Assembly (NCBI GenBank): GCA_964355495.1
Contig: CAYHES010000004.1
Coordinates: 1-44,434 of the forward strand
Length of the DNA stretch: 44,434 nucleotides
From: an uncultured Acidiferrobacterales bacterium
Lineage (GTDB): Bacteria; Pseudomonadota; Gammaproteobacteria; Acidiferrobacterales; UBA6901
Direction of reading: 5' to 3'
Shown piece after piece: positions 17,337 to 25,851 of this stretch. Every line of letters begins with the position of its first letter. The first letter of the stretch is position 1. Position numbers and translations under genes: made by a program. The notes under the pieces were generated by a model, which did no database searches, had not been told where the DNA came from, and worked only from the letters and a program-made list of their open reading frames with translations.

Positions 17337-17999
17337 ATGAAACCCGATTTCTGGCACGAACGCTGGCAGCGCAACGAGATCGGCTTTCACCAGCAGGAGA
17401 TCAACGCACACCTGCAGGACTATTGGGCGCGGCTGGCGGTTCCGGCCGGCGGCCTGGTGTTCGTGCCGCTGTGCGGCAAGAGCCGCGACTTACTGTGGTT
17501 GCGTGCCCGCGGCCACGCAGTGCTCGGTGTCGAGATCAGTCCGATCGCGGTGCGCGATTTCTTTATCGAGAACGCCCTCACGCCGCAGGTCACGCGCCAG
17601 GGCGCGTTCGAGCGCTACGAGGCGGACGGGCTTGTGGTGCTGTGCGGGGATTTTTTCGATCTTACGCCGGAGTTGCTGCAGGCTGTGGCCGGTGTCTACG
17701 ACCGCGCCTCGCTCATTGCCCTGCCGCCCGAGCTGCGCACGCGTTATGCCGGGCACAGCGCGGCCATTCTGCCGGCCGCGGTCGGCACGCTGCTCGTCAC
17801 CATGGAATATGCGCAGAACGAAATGAGCGGGCCGCCGTTTGCCGTGCGCGAGGACGAGGTGCGCCGGTTGTATGACAAGCGTTACGCAGTCACCAGCCTG
17901 CTCAGCAAAGACATCCTGGCCGAGAATCCGCGCTTTCGCGAGCGCGGGCTGAGCGCGCTCAGCGAGAAAGTCTATCGGCTCGCGCCACGCCCGCTGTAA
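17337..17999 (+). CDS. tpm: thiopurine S-methyltransferase
   Basis: FWHERWQRNEIGFHQQEINAHL...VFVPLCGKSRDLLWL...VLGVEIS, typical TPMT family, 220 aa. Confidence 0.9.
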   Translation: MKPDFWHERWQRNEIGFHQQEINAHLQDYWARLAVPAGGLVFVPLCGKSRDLLWLRARGHAVLGVEISPIAVRDFFIENALTPQVTRQGAFERYEADGLVVLCGDFFDLTPELLQAVAGVYDRASLIALPPELRTRYAGHSAAILPAAVGTLLVTMEYAQNEMSGPPFAVREDEVRRLYDKRYAVTSLLSKDILAENPRFRERGLSALSEKVYRLAPRPL

Positions 18000-18060
18000 C
18001 GGGCTCTGCCGCTCTATCTGGCCCAGCACCCCGTCAAGATTGATATGTCCCGGCCAATAC

Positions 18061-18876
18061 TCACAAGAAGTAATAACTCAGGCGCAGGCCATAGACGTCC
18101 ATGTGGCTGCGCGGCTGCACCACCAGATAGGTCGAGCCGCCGTAGGTCAGCAACTCCGGGTCCGACCGGCTGAAGCGGTAGCTGTCGTAATACAAGGCGA
18201 CACCGAAGCGGTCATGCCGGCCGGAACCGAAATCAAACTGGAAATTGGCGAACGCGGAAGGCTTGAGTCCCGGTTCAAGGTCAACGCCGCTGCCCAGGTC
18301 CACATGCTCGCTGGTGGCGAGCGGCATTTTCACGCCGCCCTGCAGCATGTAGCGCCAGCCATCCAGCAGCTGGAAAAATCCCAACCCGGCCTTGCCATAC
18401 AGGATGGTGTAGTACTCTTCGTAACCATACACAGTCGTTCCGTTTGCGGCTCTGCCATCGGCAATCGAGCGTATCCACTCATCGATTCCCAGCGCGCCGA
18501 AGACATCCACACCGACGCGCCGGCCGAAACGATATCCGCCCTGTAGCTCGATGTTTAGTCCGAGATAGCTTACGTCTGTCGTGGCCGGGGTGCCGGATTG
18601 GGTCTGGCCATCGTAGTCGACGCTACCCAGGTAAATCTTGCCGTTGACGTTGTACAGAACGCCGGAGTCTTCGCGTCGAAAATTGTCGAATGCGGCGCCT
18701 ACGGAAAAGCGCGCGCCTTGCTCCTGCAGCAGGCGTCCGCCGGTGTCACCGAACTCACGCCAGAGGAAACTCTGGGGACCAAACTGTACGCTCGCCTGGT
18801 TCGCATCGGCGGCCTGAGCCGTCGCGGAGCATCCCAGCAGAAAGAAAAGGATCGCGGAAAGTTGTTTTGCACGCAT
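18061..18876 (-). CDS. outer-membrane beta-barrel protein (hypothetical)
   Basis: Signal peptide MRAKQLSAILFFLLGCSATAQA-AD, alternating aromatic/Gly beta-strand pattern, and C-terminal ...YGLRLSYYFL. It lies downstream of dadA on the same strand. Confidence 0.7.
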   Translation of the reverse strand: MRAKQLSAILFFLLGCSATAQAADANQASVQFGPQSFLWREFGDTGGRLLQEQGARFSVGAAFDNFRREDSGVLYNVNGKIYLGSVDYDGQTQSGTPATTDVSYLGLNIELQGGYRFGRRVGVDVFGALGIDEWIRSIADGRAANGTTVYGYEEYYTILYGKAGLGFFQLLDGWRYMLQGGVKMPLATSEHVDLGSGVDLEPGLKPSAFANFQFDFGSGRHDRFGVALYYDSYRFSRSDPELLTYGGSTYLVVQPRSHMDVYGLRLSYYFL

Positions 18877-18991
18877 GGCGAATGCCCCCTGTCGTAGCCC
18901 GTGGTGGATACCGCTCCTTGCAGCGCTGCTCGCCAGTAAACTATCCGCCAGGCCTGGTTTCAAGGCAAGCGTTTGCACTCCTGCCGAGGCG

Positions 18992-20245
18992 TCACCCGAA
19001 ACGCGCGAGCGTAAGGCCCGCGAGGTCGATGTCGGGCGCGCGTCCGGCAACGAGATCGGCCAGCACCTTTGCCGAGCCGCAGGCCATCGTCCAGCCGAGG
19101 GTGCCGTGGCCGGTGTTGAGGAACAGATTCTGATATGGCGTCGCGCCGATCACCGGCGGGTTGTCCGGTGTCATCGGGCGCAGGCCGGCCCAGGGTTCGG
19201 CAGCGGTGAGATCGCCGATCGCGGGGAAGAGGTCGCGCACCACATGCGCGAGCGTGGCGAGGCGCGCCGGGCGCAGTGTGAGATCGTAGCCGCAGAGTTC
19301 GGCGGTACCGGCGGCGCGCAGTCGCTTGCCGAGCCGGGTGATCACAACCTTATAGGTCTCGTCGGTGAGCGTGCCCTGGGGCGCGCCGGCATCGTTTGCA
19401 ATGGGCACGGTGATCGAATAGCCCTTCACCGGATACACCGGCAGCTTGATGCCGAGCGGCTTGAGCAGCAGCGGCGAGTAGCTGCCGCAGGCGAGTACAT
19501 AGGCGTCGGCGGTGAGCTCGCCGCAGTCGGTGGTCACGCGGGTAATGCGATCGCCATCGGCGACCAGCCGGGTCACGTTGGTGGAGGCGAGAAATCTAAC
19601 GCCGTGCGTCCGTGCACGCGCCGCCAGCTCTTCGGTGAAAAGCCGGCAGTCGCCGGACTCGTCGCCCGGAAACAGCATGCCACCGGCAATTTTTTCCTGC
19701 GAGTCCCGGAGCGCCGGTTCGTGCGCGACGCAGGCGGCGCGGTCGAGGAATCGATAGGCAATCCCGAGACGGTCGAGCAGTTGCGCCTCGCGGGTCGCCG
19801 CCGCAAGATCGCGCGCGCTGCGATACAGAATCAGCAGGCCGTGCGTGCTCTGGTCGTAGTGCAGGCCGGTTGCGTTGCGCAGTTCGGTCAGGCACGCGTG
19901 GCTGTAGCGCGCGAGCCGGAGCTGGCGTTCCTTGTTGGCGAGATAGCGCGCGTCCGTGCAATTGCGCAGCATCTGGCCGAGCCACCGCCACATGGCTGGA
20001 TCGAGCCTCGGGCGCAGTACCAGTGGCGCGTGCTGCTTGAACAGCCAGCCGAGCGCCTTGCCGGGAATGCCCGGCGCCGCCCACGGGTTGGCCGCGCCCC
20101 ACGACACCTGCCCGCCGTTGGCGAAGCTGGTTTCCATCGCCGGCTGCGGCTGGCGATCGACCAGTGTCACTTCATGACCGGCGCGCGCCAGATACCAGGC
20201 GCTGGTCACGCCGATCACGCCGCTGCCGAGAACCAGGATTTTCAT
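18992..20245 (-). CDS. dadA: D-amino-acid dehydrogenase
   Basis: MKILVLGSGVIGVTSAWYLARAGHEVTLVDR Rossmann start, ETSFANGGQ, and ...NTGHGTLGWTMACGS near the C-terminus. ATG 20245 is preferred. Confidence 0.9.
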   Translation of the reverse strand: MKILVLGSGVIGVTSAWYLARAGHEVTLVDRQPQPAMETSFANGGQVSWGAANPWAAPGIPGKALGWLFKQHAPLVLRPRLDPAMWRWLGQMLRNCTDARYLANKERQLRLARYSHACLTELRNATGLHYDQSTHGLLILYRSARDLAAATREAQLLDRLGIAYRFLDRAACVAHEPALRDSQEKIAGGMLFPGDESGDCRLFTEELAARARTHGVRFLASTNVTRLVADGDRITRVTTDCGELTADAYVLACGSYSPLLLKPLGIKLPVYPVKGYSITVPIANDAGAPQGTLTDETYKVVITRLGKRLRAAGTAELCGYDLTLRPARLATLAHVVRDLFPAIGDLTAAEPWAGLRPMTPDNPPVIGATPYQNLFLNTGHGTLGWTMACGSAKVLADLVAGRAPDIDLAGLTLARFG

Positions 20246-20451
20246 AAGGGGCGGAATATCGCCGCGCCCGGTGTACGCGCGGCACGGAAAGAACCGGAAT
20301 GCCGTCAGGATAACATGCGCCGGCGGCGCCATGTGCCGGCCGGCCGGCCGCGGCCGGGGTTGCGTGAGGCGGCACAGGTGAAACGCGCTGCTCTACCCGC
20401 CGGAGCGTCTGCGCTATAGTGGTGTCGGTTATTCCGCCGGCAGGAGGCGCC

Positions 20452-20844
20452 ATGCTCGAGCTCGAACTCAACCCCGACACCGTCTGTTTTCTCATCGACA
20501 AGGCGCGCGAGTTCCACGCCAAGGAAGAAGTGGTGATTCCCGACACGCCGGGCAGCCCGACCGAGGACTGGGCGTTGCAGGTGCTGGCCGACCATGCCGA
20601 CGATGCCACTTATCAGGAGTTCCGCGCCACGGTCAACGACCTCGAACCCGATCAACAACACCAGCTGGTGGCGCTGCTGTGGCTCGGGCGCGGCGATTAC
20701 GACACCGCCGAATGGGACGAGGCGCTCGCCGAGGCGCGCCGCAGCTGGACGAAGCGCACCGCCGACTATCTGATCGCCCACCCGCTATTGGCCGATCACC
20801 TCGAAGACGCGCTCGATCAGCTCGGTTATTCCTGCGAGGACTGA
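20452..20844 (+). CDS. DUF3775 domain protein
   Basis: VCFLIDKAREFHAKE...DDATYQEF...LVALLWLGRGDYDTAEWDEAL...LADHLEDALDQLGYSCED matches the DUF3775 pattern. Confidence 0.75.
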   Translation: MLELELNPDTVCFLIDKAREFHAKEEVVIPDTPGSPTEDWALQVLADHADDATYQEFRATVNDLEPDQQHQLVALLWLGRGDYDTAEWDEALAEARRSWTKRTADYLIAHPLLADHLEDALDQLGYSCED

Positions 20845-20855
20845 CGGGAGCGCGG

Positions 20856-21848
20856 CTAGATCGCCGCGGTGGTGAACGGAATGCGGCGCTCGGTGTTGAT
20901 CAGCCAGTCGCGGATGCGCTGCGCGTCGCCGTACTTGCTGGCCTTGCCCCAGGAGTTGAGCAGCACGATGCTGAGCGGCCGGCCGGCGACCGTGACGCGC
21001 ATCACCAGGCAATTGCCGGCGTCGGCGGTGTAGCCGGTTTTGCTCAAGGCCATTTCCCAGCCATCCTGGCGCACCAGGCGATTGGTGTTGAAGAACCCGA
21101 TGGCGCGGCCGGTGGCGAGGTCGGTGACCCAGAGTTCACCGCTGGTGGTGAAGGCATGCATGCGCGGCTGGGCGCGTGCGGCTTCGAGCAGTTTGAGCAG
21201 GTCGCGCGCGGTCGAGACGTTGCGTGGGTTGAGCCCCGAGGCGTCGGCGAAGCGGGTGTGGGTCATGCCGAGCGCCAGCGCCTTGGCGTTCATGCTCGCG
21301 ACGAATGCCTCCGTGCCGCCGGGGGCGGTGCGCGCCAGCGCCGCGGCCGCGCGGTTGTCGGAGGCGCTGAGCGCGGCGCGCAGCAGGTCATCGCGCGTGA
21401 GAATGGCGCCGATGTGCAGGCGCGAGTGCGAACCCTTGAGACGATCGCGGTCGGCGGTGGTGATGGCGATCGGGGCGTCCAGCGGCAGGTCGGATTCGAG
21501 CACCACGAGCGCGGTCATGAGCTTGGTGAGCGAGGCGATTGGGCGCGGTGTGTCGATGGCGCGCCCGTAGAGCATGACCCCGTCGCGTTCATCCATCACC
21601 AGCGCCACCTGCGAGAGCAGCGCCAGGCGCCCGGGGCTGGCGTGGCGCAACAGCTCGGTGGCCTTGACGTAGGGGATAGGCGCCGGCGCCACGGGTGTGG
21701 TGTCTGAGTTGGCCACGCCCAAATAAAGCAGCGTACCGGCAACGCCGAATCCCGCCCCGAGGGCGAACAGTATATTGATCGGTTTCACGCGGAGTTGGAC
21801 AGGTGAGCTGGTGGCCGGACGCGACATTATTATAAGAAAGCGTAGCAT
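20856..21848 (-). CDS. pbpG: D-alanyl-D-alanine endopeptidase (PBP7/PbpG-like, peptidase S11)
   Basis: SLTK, SASDN and SKTGYT active-site triad motifs, with an N-terminal membrane anchor. The start is uncertain (21848 or 21827). Confidence 0.85.
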   Translation of the reverse strand: MLRFLIIMSRPATSSPVQLRVKPINILFALGAGFGVAGTLLYLGVANSDTTPVAPAPIPYVKATELLRHASPGRLALLSQVALVMDERDGVMLYGRAIDTPRPIASLTKLMTALVVLESDLPLDAPIAITTADRDRLKGSHSRLHIGAILTRDDLLRAALSASDNRAAAALARTAPGGTEAFVASMNAKALALGMTHTRFADASGLNPRNVSTARDLLKLLEAARAQPRMHAFTTSGELWVTDLATGRAIGFFNTNRLVRQDGWEMALSKTGYTADAGNCLVMRVTVAGRPLSIVLLNSWGKASKYGDAQRIRDWLINTERRIPFTTAAI

Positions 21849-21883
21849 AGGACAAGGGCGTTCTGCTGCACGGGAGATTTGCG

Positions 21884-22285
21884 ATGAAGAATGGTCCGAT
21901 CGAGGCCCCGCCACCCCCCGCTGCCTCGGCCACAACCGGCGACGCGGCGGTCTGTCCGTTGCCGCAACCGCCGGATCTGTCCGGCATCGCGGTCGTGGCC
22001 CTGCACCCGCAGCCGCCGCTCGCGGACTACCTCGCGGCCTTGCCGCTTGCCAGGGCCGAGGCGCAAGCGCGGCTCGGCGACTGCATGCTGCTGTCCTGGT
22101 ACGATCGCGACCGGAATTTCGAAGCGCCGCAGCATGTGAGCGAATGCCATCAGGCGAGCGCCGTACCGGGCTATGTGGACTACGCCGTCCATCGCGGTGC
22201 GAGCCTCAAGGTGGACATCGAAGGCGGGCGGTTTGTATTCTTCTTTCGGCCGGCGATTGAACGGGACTCGACCACAGTGCTATAA
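21884..22285 (+). CDS. AF1514-like (DUF5619-type) small protein
   Basis: The core MLLSWYDRDRNFEAPQHVSECH...PGYVDYAVHRGASLKVDIEGGRFVFFF is as I remember it for the AF1514 family. The Pro-rich N-terminal 35 aa may not be translated (an internal GTG is possible). Confidence 0.55.
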   Translation: MKNGPIEAPPPPAASATTGDAAVCPLPQPPDLSGIAVVALHPQPPLADYLAALPLARAEAQARLGDCMLLSWYDRDRNFEAPQHVSECHQASAVPGYVDYAVHRGASLKVDIEGGRFVFFFRPAIERDSTTVL

Positions 22286-22320
22286 CGGCGAGATCACGAT
22301 CCACAAGGAGGAGGTCATCC

Positions 22321-22644
22321 ATGACGCATACCTACGAGGAACTCAAGCACAAGACCGTCGCGGAACTGCGCGACATCGCCAAAGGCATCGAGCACGAGGC
22401 GGTGCAGGGCGCGACCCAGATGAACAAGGATCATCTGCTGAAAGGGTTGTGTGCGGCGCTCGGGCTCGATACGCACGTGCACCATCACGCGGTCGGCATC
22501 GATAAGACCGCGATCAAGGCCAGGATCCACGCACTCCAGAAGCAGCGCGACGCGATGCTCGCCTCCAAGGAACGCAAGGAATTAAGCAGCGTGCTGCGCC
22601 AGATCCACGCGCTCAAGCGCACCATCCGCCGCGCCACGGTTTGA
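22321..22644 (+). CDS. Rho_N (SAP-like) domain small protein with a His-rich patch
   Basis: Strong RBS aaggagga. LKHKTVAELRDIAKGI...MNKDHLLKGL is the Rho N-terminal helix-extended-helix pattern. It is followed by THVHHHAVG and a basic coiled tail. Confidence 0.65.
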   Translation: MTHTYEELKHKTVAELRDIAKGIEHEAVQGATQMNKDHLLKGLCAALGLDTHVHHHAVGIDKTAIKARIHALQKQRDAMLASKERKELSSVLRQIHALKRTIRRATV

Positions 22645-22649
22645 GCACC

Positions 22650-22680
22650 AAAAAAATGAGCCCGGCAGCGCGCCGGGCTC
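22650..22680 (-). terminator. rho-independent terminator of hsp20 (the hairpin is also positioned after the convergent Rho_N gene)
   Basis: gagcccggc-agcgc-gccgggctc stem-loop, followed on the minus strand by a run of seven U. Confidence 0.8.
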
Positions 22681-22701
22681 GCAGGCTGGTCGAAGGGATA
22701 C

Positions 22702-23178
22702 TCAGGTCTCTTCGATCTTGAGCGTATGGCGCTTGGCGCGCTCCAGCTTGGGTAAAGTAACCTCGAGCACACCGTCGTGGAAGGTCGCGCGCGCCTTGGT
22801 GTCGTCCACCGGCGCGGGCAGGCGGACGGTGCGCAAGAAGTCCTCGCAGCGGATCTCCCGACAGTAGTACTCACCATCCTCGCTCTTGTCGGTGCGCATG
22901 CTGCCACGGATGGTCACGGCATCGTTGGTCGAGGTGACCTCGATGTCGTCCTTGCCGAAACCGGGCACCGCCGCGCGCACGATGAGATCAGCCTCGCGGT
23001 CAATAACATCCACCTGCGGCAAGGCGCCGCCCCAGAACATCCGCTCGGCCGGCGCCGTGCGCCACGACGGCATCATGCGTCCAGCCAACTCTTCCATTTC
23101 CTCAAGCAACTGGAAGGGACGCAACATTCCCATGCCGCGTGTTTCCGGCATCCGTTTAACAGGAATTGTGCTTACCAT
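22702..23178 (-). CDS. Hsp20/alpha-crystallin small heat-shock protein
   Basis: PQVDVIDREADLIVRAAVPGFGKDDIEV...FLRTVRLPAPVD...ATFHDGVLEVTLPK alpha-crystallin domain. ATG 23178 is preceded by aaaggaga. Confidence 0.9.
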   Translation of the reverse strand: MVSTIPVKRMPETRGMGMLRPFQLLEEMEELAGRMMPSWRTAPAERMFWGGALPQVDVIDREADLIVRAAVPGFGKDDIEVTSTNDAVTIRGSMRTDKSEDGEYYCREIRCEDFLRTVRLPAPVDDTKARATFHDGVLEVTLPKLERAKRHTLKIEET

Positions 23179-23306
23179 AATTGTCTCCTTTTTACCGGGA
23201 GGGTACGGGTCGCAGCCCCTGTTCTTGCGCGGACTCCCGGGTAGCGAAACGATACGCCGTGTGGGCATGGCGGCATTGATGTGCGTCAAAATACCCATGC
23301 CATAAA

Positions 23307-23341
23307 ATTGCCTGATGAATTTCCGATTCTAAATAGGCAAT
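23307..23341. promoter_or_regulatory. inverted repeat ATTGCCT-N21-AGGCAAT in the AT-rich hsp20 upstream region (candidate operator)
   Basis: Perfect 7-bp arms in the only AT-rich patch of the 397-bp divergent gap. It matches neither CIRCE nor HAIR. Confidence 0.25.
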
Positions 23342-23575
23342 GTCTATAACGAGCTGAAAGGGTTGTGTACGGGTGTCTGTGGCAGCCATGCCGGAGGATA
23401 TGCCTGGCAGACCGGCACGCGTACATCGTCCGAAATGGCCAATTCCCGCACACGCTGCCGGCTGTGTCAGGGTCTCCGCGCAGGTCGGTTTTGCACTATA
23501 GTTCGGAAGGAATCGGGACGATAACCCGACGCGGGATCCGCGGGGAAAGAGCGGAACAAACAGCCGGAACACGAT

Positions 23576-24565
23576 ATGCCCACCCCCGTATTAATCTGTG
23601 ACGACTCGAGCTTTGCGCGCAAGCAGATGGCCCGGGCCCTGCCGAAGGGCTGGGACGTGGACGTGAGCTTTGCCGGCAACGGCGCCGAGGCGCTCGTGGC
23701 CATCAAGTCCGGCAAGGCCGATATCCTGTTCCTTGATCTCAACATGCCGGTGATGGACGGTTACGAGACGCTGGCCACGATCCGCGCGCTCGATCTGCCG
23801 ACCCTGACCATCGTGGTGTCGGGCGACATCCAGCCGGAGGCGCAGGCGCGCGTGACGCAGCTCGGTGCCATGGCCTTTCTCAAGAAGCCGGTGAGCGAGG
23901 AAGAGATTGCACAGGTGCTGACCCGGTACGGTATTCGCGGCACCGACAAGGCAGGTGCCGCGCCGGTGCAGGTCGAGGTGGACATCCGCGACGGCTATAA
24001 GGAGGTGGCGAACGTCGCCATGGGCCAGGCCGCCGACTTCCTCGCGCGCCTGCTCAATGTGTTCGTGCTCATGCCGGTGCCGCACGTGAACATGATCGAT
24101 TCGGCCGATCTGCGCATGGCGCTCGGCGCCGTGGCCGCGGGTGAGAACGTCTCGGCCGTCTGCCAGGGCTTCATCGGCGCGGGTATCGCCGGGGAAGCGC
24201 TGCTGTTGTTCCATGAATCGAGCTTTCAGGACATCGCCGAACTCACCCAATACCAGGGCGAGATCGACGAGAGCGCCGAACTTGAGCTGCTCATGGACAT
24301 GGCCAATATCCTGATCGGCGCCTGTCTCAAGGGACTGGCCGACCAGCTTGAGGTGACCTTCAGCCAGGGGCCGCCCGTGGTGCTCGGGCGGCATGTAAAG
24401 GTGAGTGACTTGCTCAAGGGCAACGTGCTGCGCTGGAAGCAGACGCTCGCGATCGAGATGGGTTACCGCATCGAAAACCGCAAGATCAGTTGCGATCTGC
24501 TGCTGCTCCTGACCGAGGACTCGATTACCCCGCTCAACAAGCGCCTGCAGTACCTGATCGGATAG
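23576..24565 (+). CDS. response regulator: CheY-like receiver fused to a CheC/CheX-like domain
   Basis: Receiver residues are present (CDDSS, ILFLDLNMPVMDG, VVSGD, FLKKP). The C-terminal 200 aa begin YKEVANVAMGQAADFLARLL, the CheC/FliN-type repeat signature. Confidence 0.8.
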   Translation: MPTPVLICDDSSFARKQMARALPKGWDVDVSFAGNGAEALVAIKSGKADILFLDLNMPVMDGYETLATIRALDLPTLTIVVSGDIQPEAQARVTQLGAMAFLKKPVSEEEIAQVLTRYGIRGTDKAGAAPVQVEVDIRDGYKEVANVAMGQAADFLARLLNVFVLMPVPHVNMIDSADLRMALGAVAAGENVSAVCQGFIGAGIAGEALLLFHESSFQDIAELTQYQGEIDESAELELLMDMANILIGACLKGLADQLEVTFSQGPPVVLGRHVKVSDLLKGNVLRWKQTLAIEMGYRIENRKISCDLLLLLTEDSITPLNKRLQYLIG

Positions 24566-24570
24566 GCCCC

Positions 24571-25542
24571 ATGGAGAGCAGCAAGATCGAACTCAGTGAA
24601 GTGCATTGGCTGCTGGACATGCTGCAGTCGATCGACGTTGGGCTGGTGGTGCTCGACCGCAATTATTGCGTGCAGGTGTGGAACGGCTTCATGATGAATC
24701 ACAGCGGTCTGTCACCGCAGCAGGTAATCGGCCAGCCGTTTCTCAAACTTTTTCCGGACGTGCCGGGGGACTGGTTCCGGCGCAAGGTCGAATCGGTGCG
24801 ACTGCTCAAGAACCGCGCCTTCACCACATGGGAACAGCGCCCGTACCTGCTGCGCTTCAAGAACTACCGCCCGATTACCGGCGCCGCCGAGTACATGTAC
24901 CAGAACATCACCTTCATCCCGCTCACCAGCATCACCGGCGAGGTCGAACATATCGGTGTGGTGATCACCGACGTGACCGATATCGCCATCGGCCAGCGCG
25001 ATCTCGAGGCCGCCAATCAGGAGCTCGGGCACCTGTCGCGCACCGACCGCCTGACACAGCTCAATAACCGCGGGTATTGGGAGGAATCCCTGGAGCAGGA
25101 GTTCCGCCGCCTGAAACGCACCCATCGGCCGGGGACACTGGTCATGTTCGACATCGACCACTTCAAGAAGGTGAACGACACCTACGGCCACCCGGCCGGT
25201 GACGAGGTGATCCGCCAGACCGCGGCGATGTTGCGGCAGACCATGCGCACGACGGACGTGGCCGGCCGTTATGGGGGCGAGGAATTTGTCGTGCTGCTGG
25301 TCGAGACCCCGGCAGAGGGCGCACACACCTTCGCCGAACGCTTGCGTGCCGCGATCGCGGCCCTCGCGATTCGTCACGATCAGCATGAAATCCGCTACAC
25401 CATCAGCCTGGGCGTTGCCGAGGTCTCCATGCAGCTGGAAACCCCCAAGCAGTGGATCGAATGTGCCGACCGGGCGCTGTACGAAGCCAAGCACGGCGGA
25501 CGCAACTGCGTCAGGCAGTACCAGTACCCGGCGGCTCCCTAA
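24571..25542 (+). CDS. PAS-GGDEF diguanylate cyclase
   Basis: PAS-like N-terminus (GLVVLDRNYCVQVWNGFM...), then RTTD-x5-GGEEF with an intact I-site and active site. ATG 24571 is 5 nt after the upstream stop. Confidence 0.9.
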   Translation: MESSKIELSEVHWLLDMLQSIDVGLVVLDRNYCVQVWNGFMMNHSGLSPQQVIGQPFLKLFPDVPGDWFRRKVESVRLLKNRAFTTWEQRPYLLRFKNYRPITGAAEYMYQNITFIPLTSITGEVEHIGVVITDVTDIAIGQRDLEAANQELGHLSRTDRLTQLNNRGYWEESLEQEFRRLKRTHRPGTLVMFDIDHFKKVNDTYGHPAGDEVIRQTAAMLRQTMRTTDVAGRYGGEEFVVLLVETPAEGAHTFAERLRAAIAALAIRHDQHEIRYTISLGVAEVSMQLETPKQWIECADRALYEAKHGGRNCVRQYQYPAAP

Positions 25543-25851
25543 CCGCGCCTGGCCTGGCAGGCACTGTTGACAGCGATACCTTGACGGCGCAGAGAGAGAG
25601 TGCACTTTCAGCGATGTTCGTGTATAGTGTCGTCACCCTGTAGGTACAAGGGTTTAGACGTTTCTGACCTTCCCCTGCTGTTTCTAAGCGGTTTCCTGGT
25701 TAGCGACGTGTGGGCCGCACCCCGTTATCGGTGCGCGGCCATTCGGGACCAGGCGCTGACATTACCTGCCACGTAATTTACGCTTTGTTCGTCTGTTGTA
25801 TTCATTCATTAATACAATTTTCGCCCGTGGTAGGCGGAAGAGGAACTTATT

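Noticed and set aside
23286-23302. Sigma-54-like TGGCAT-N-TTTTG upstream of hsp20 (minus strand), and sigma-32-like boxes nearby.
   Set aside because: The GG-N10-GC spacing rule is not met (TT where GC is required), and the -10 CCCCAT-type box of sigma-32 is absent.
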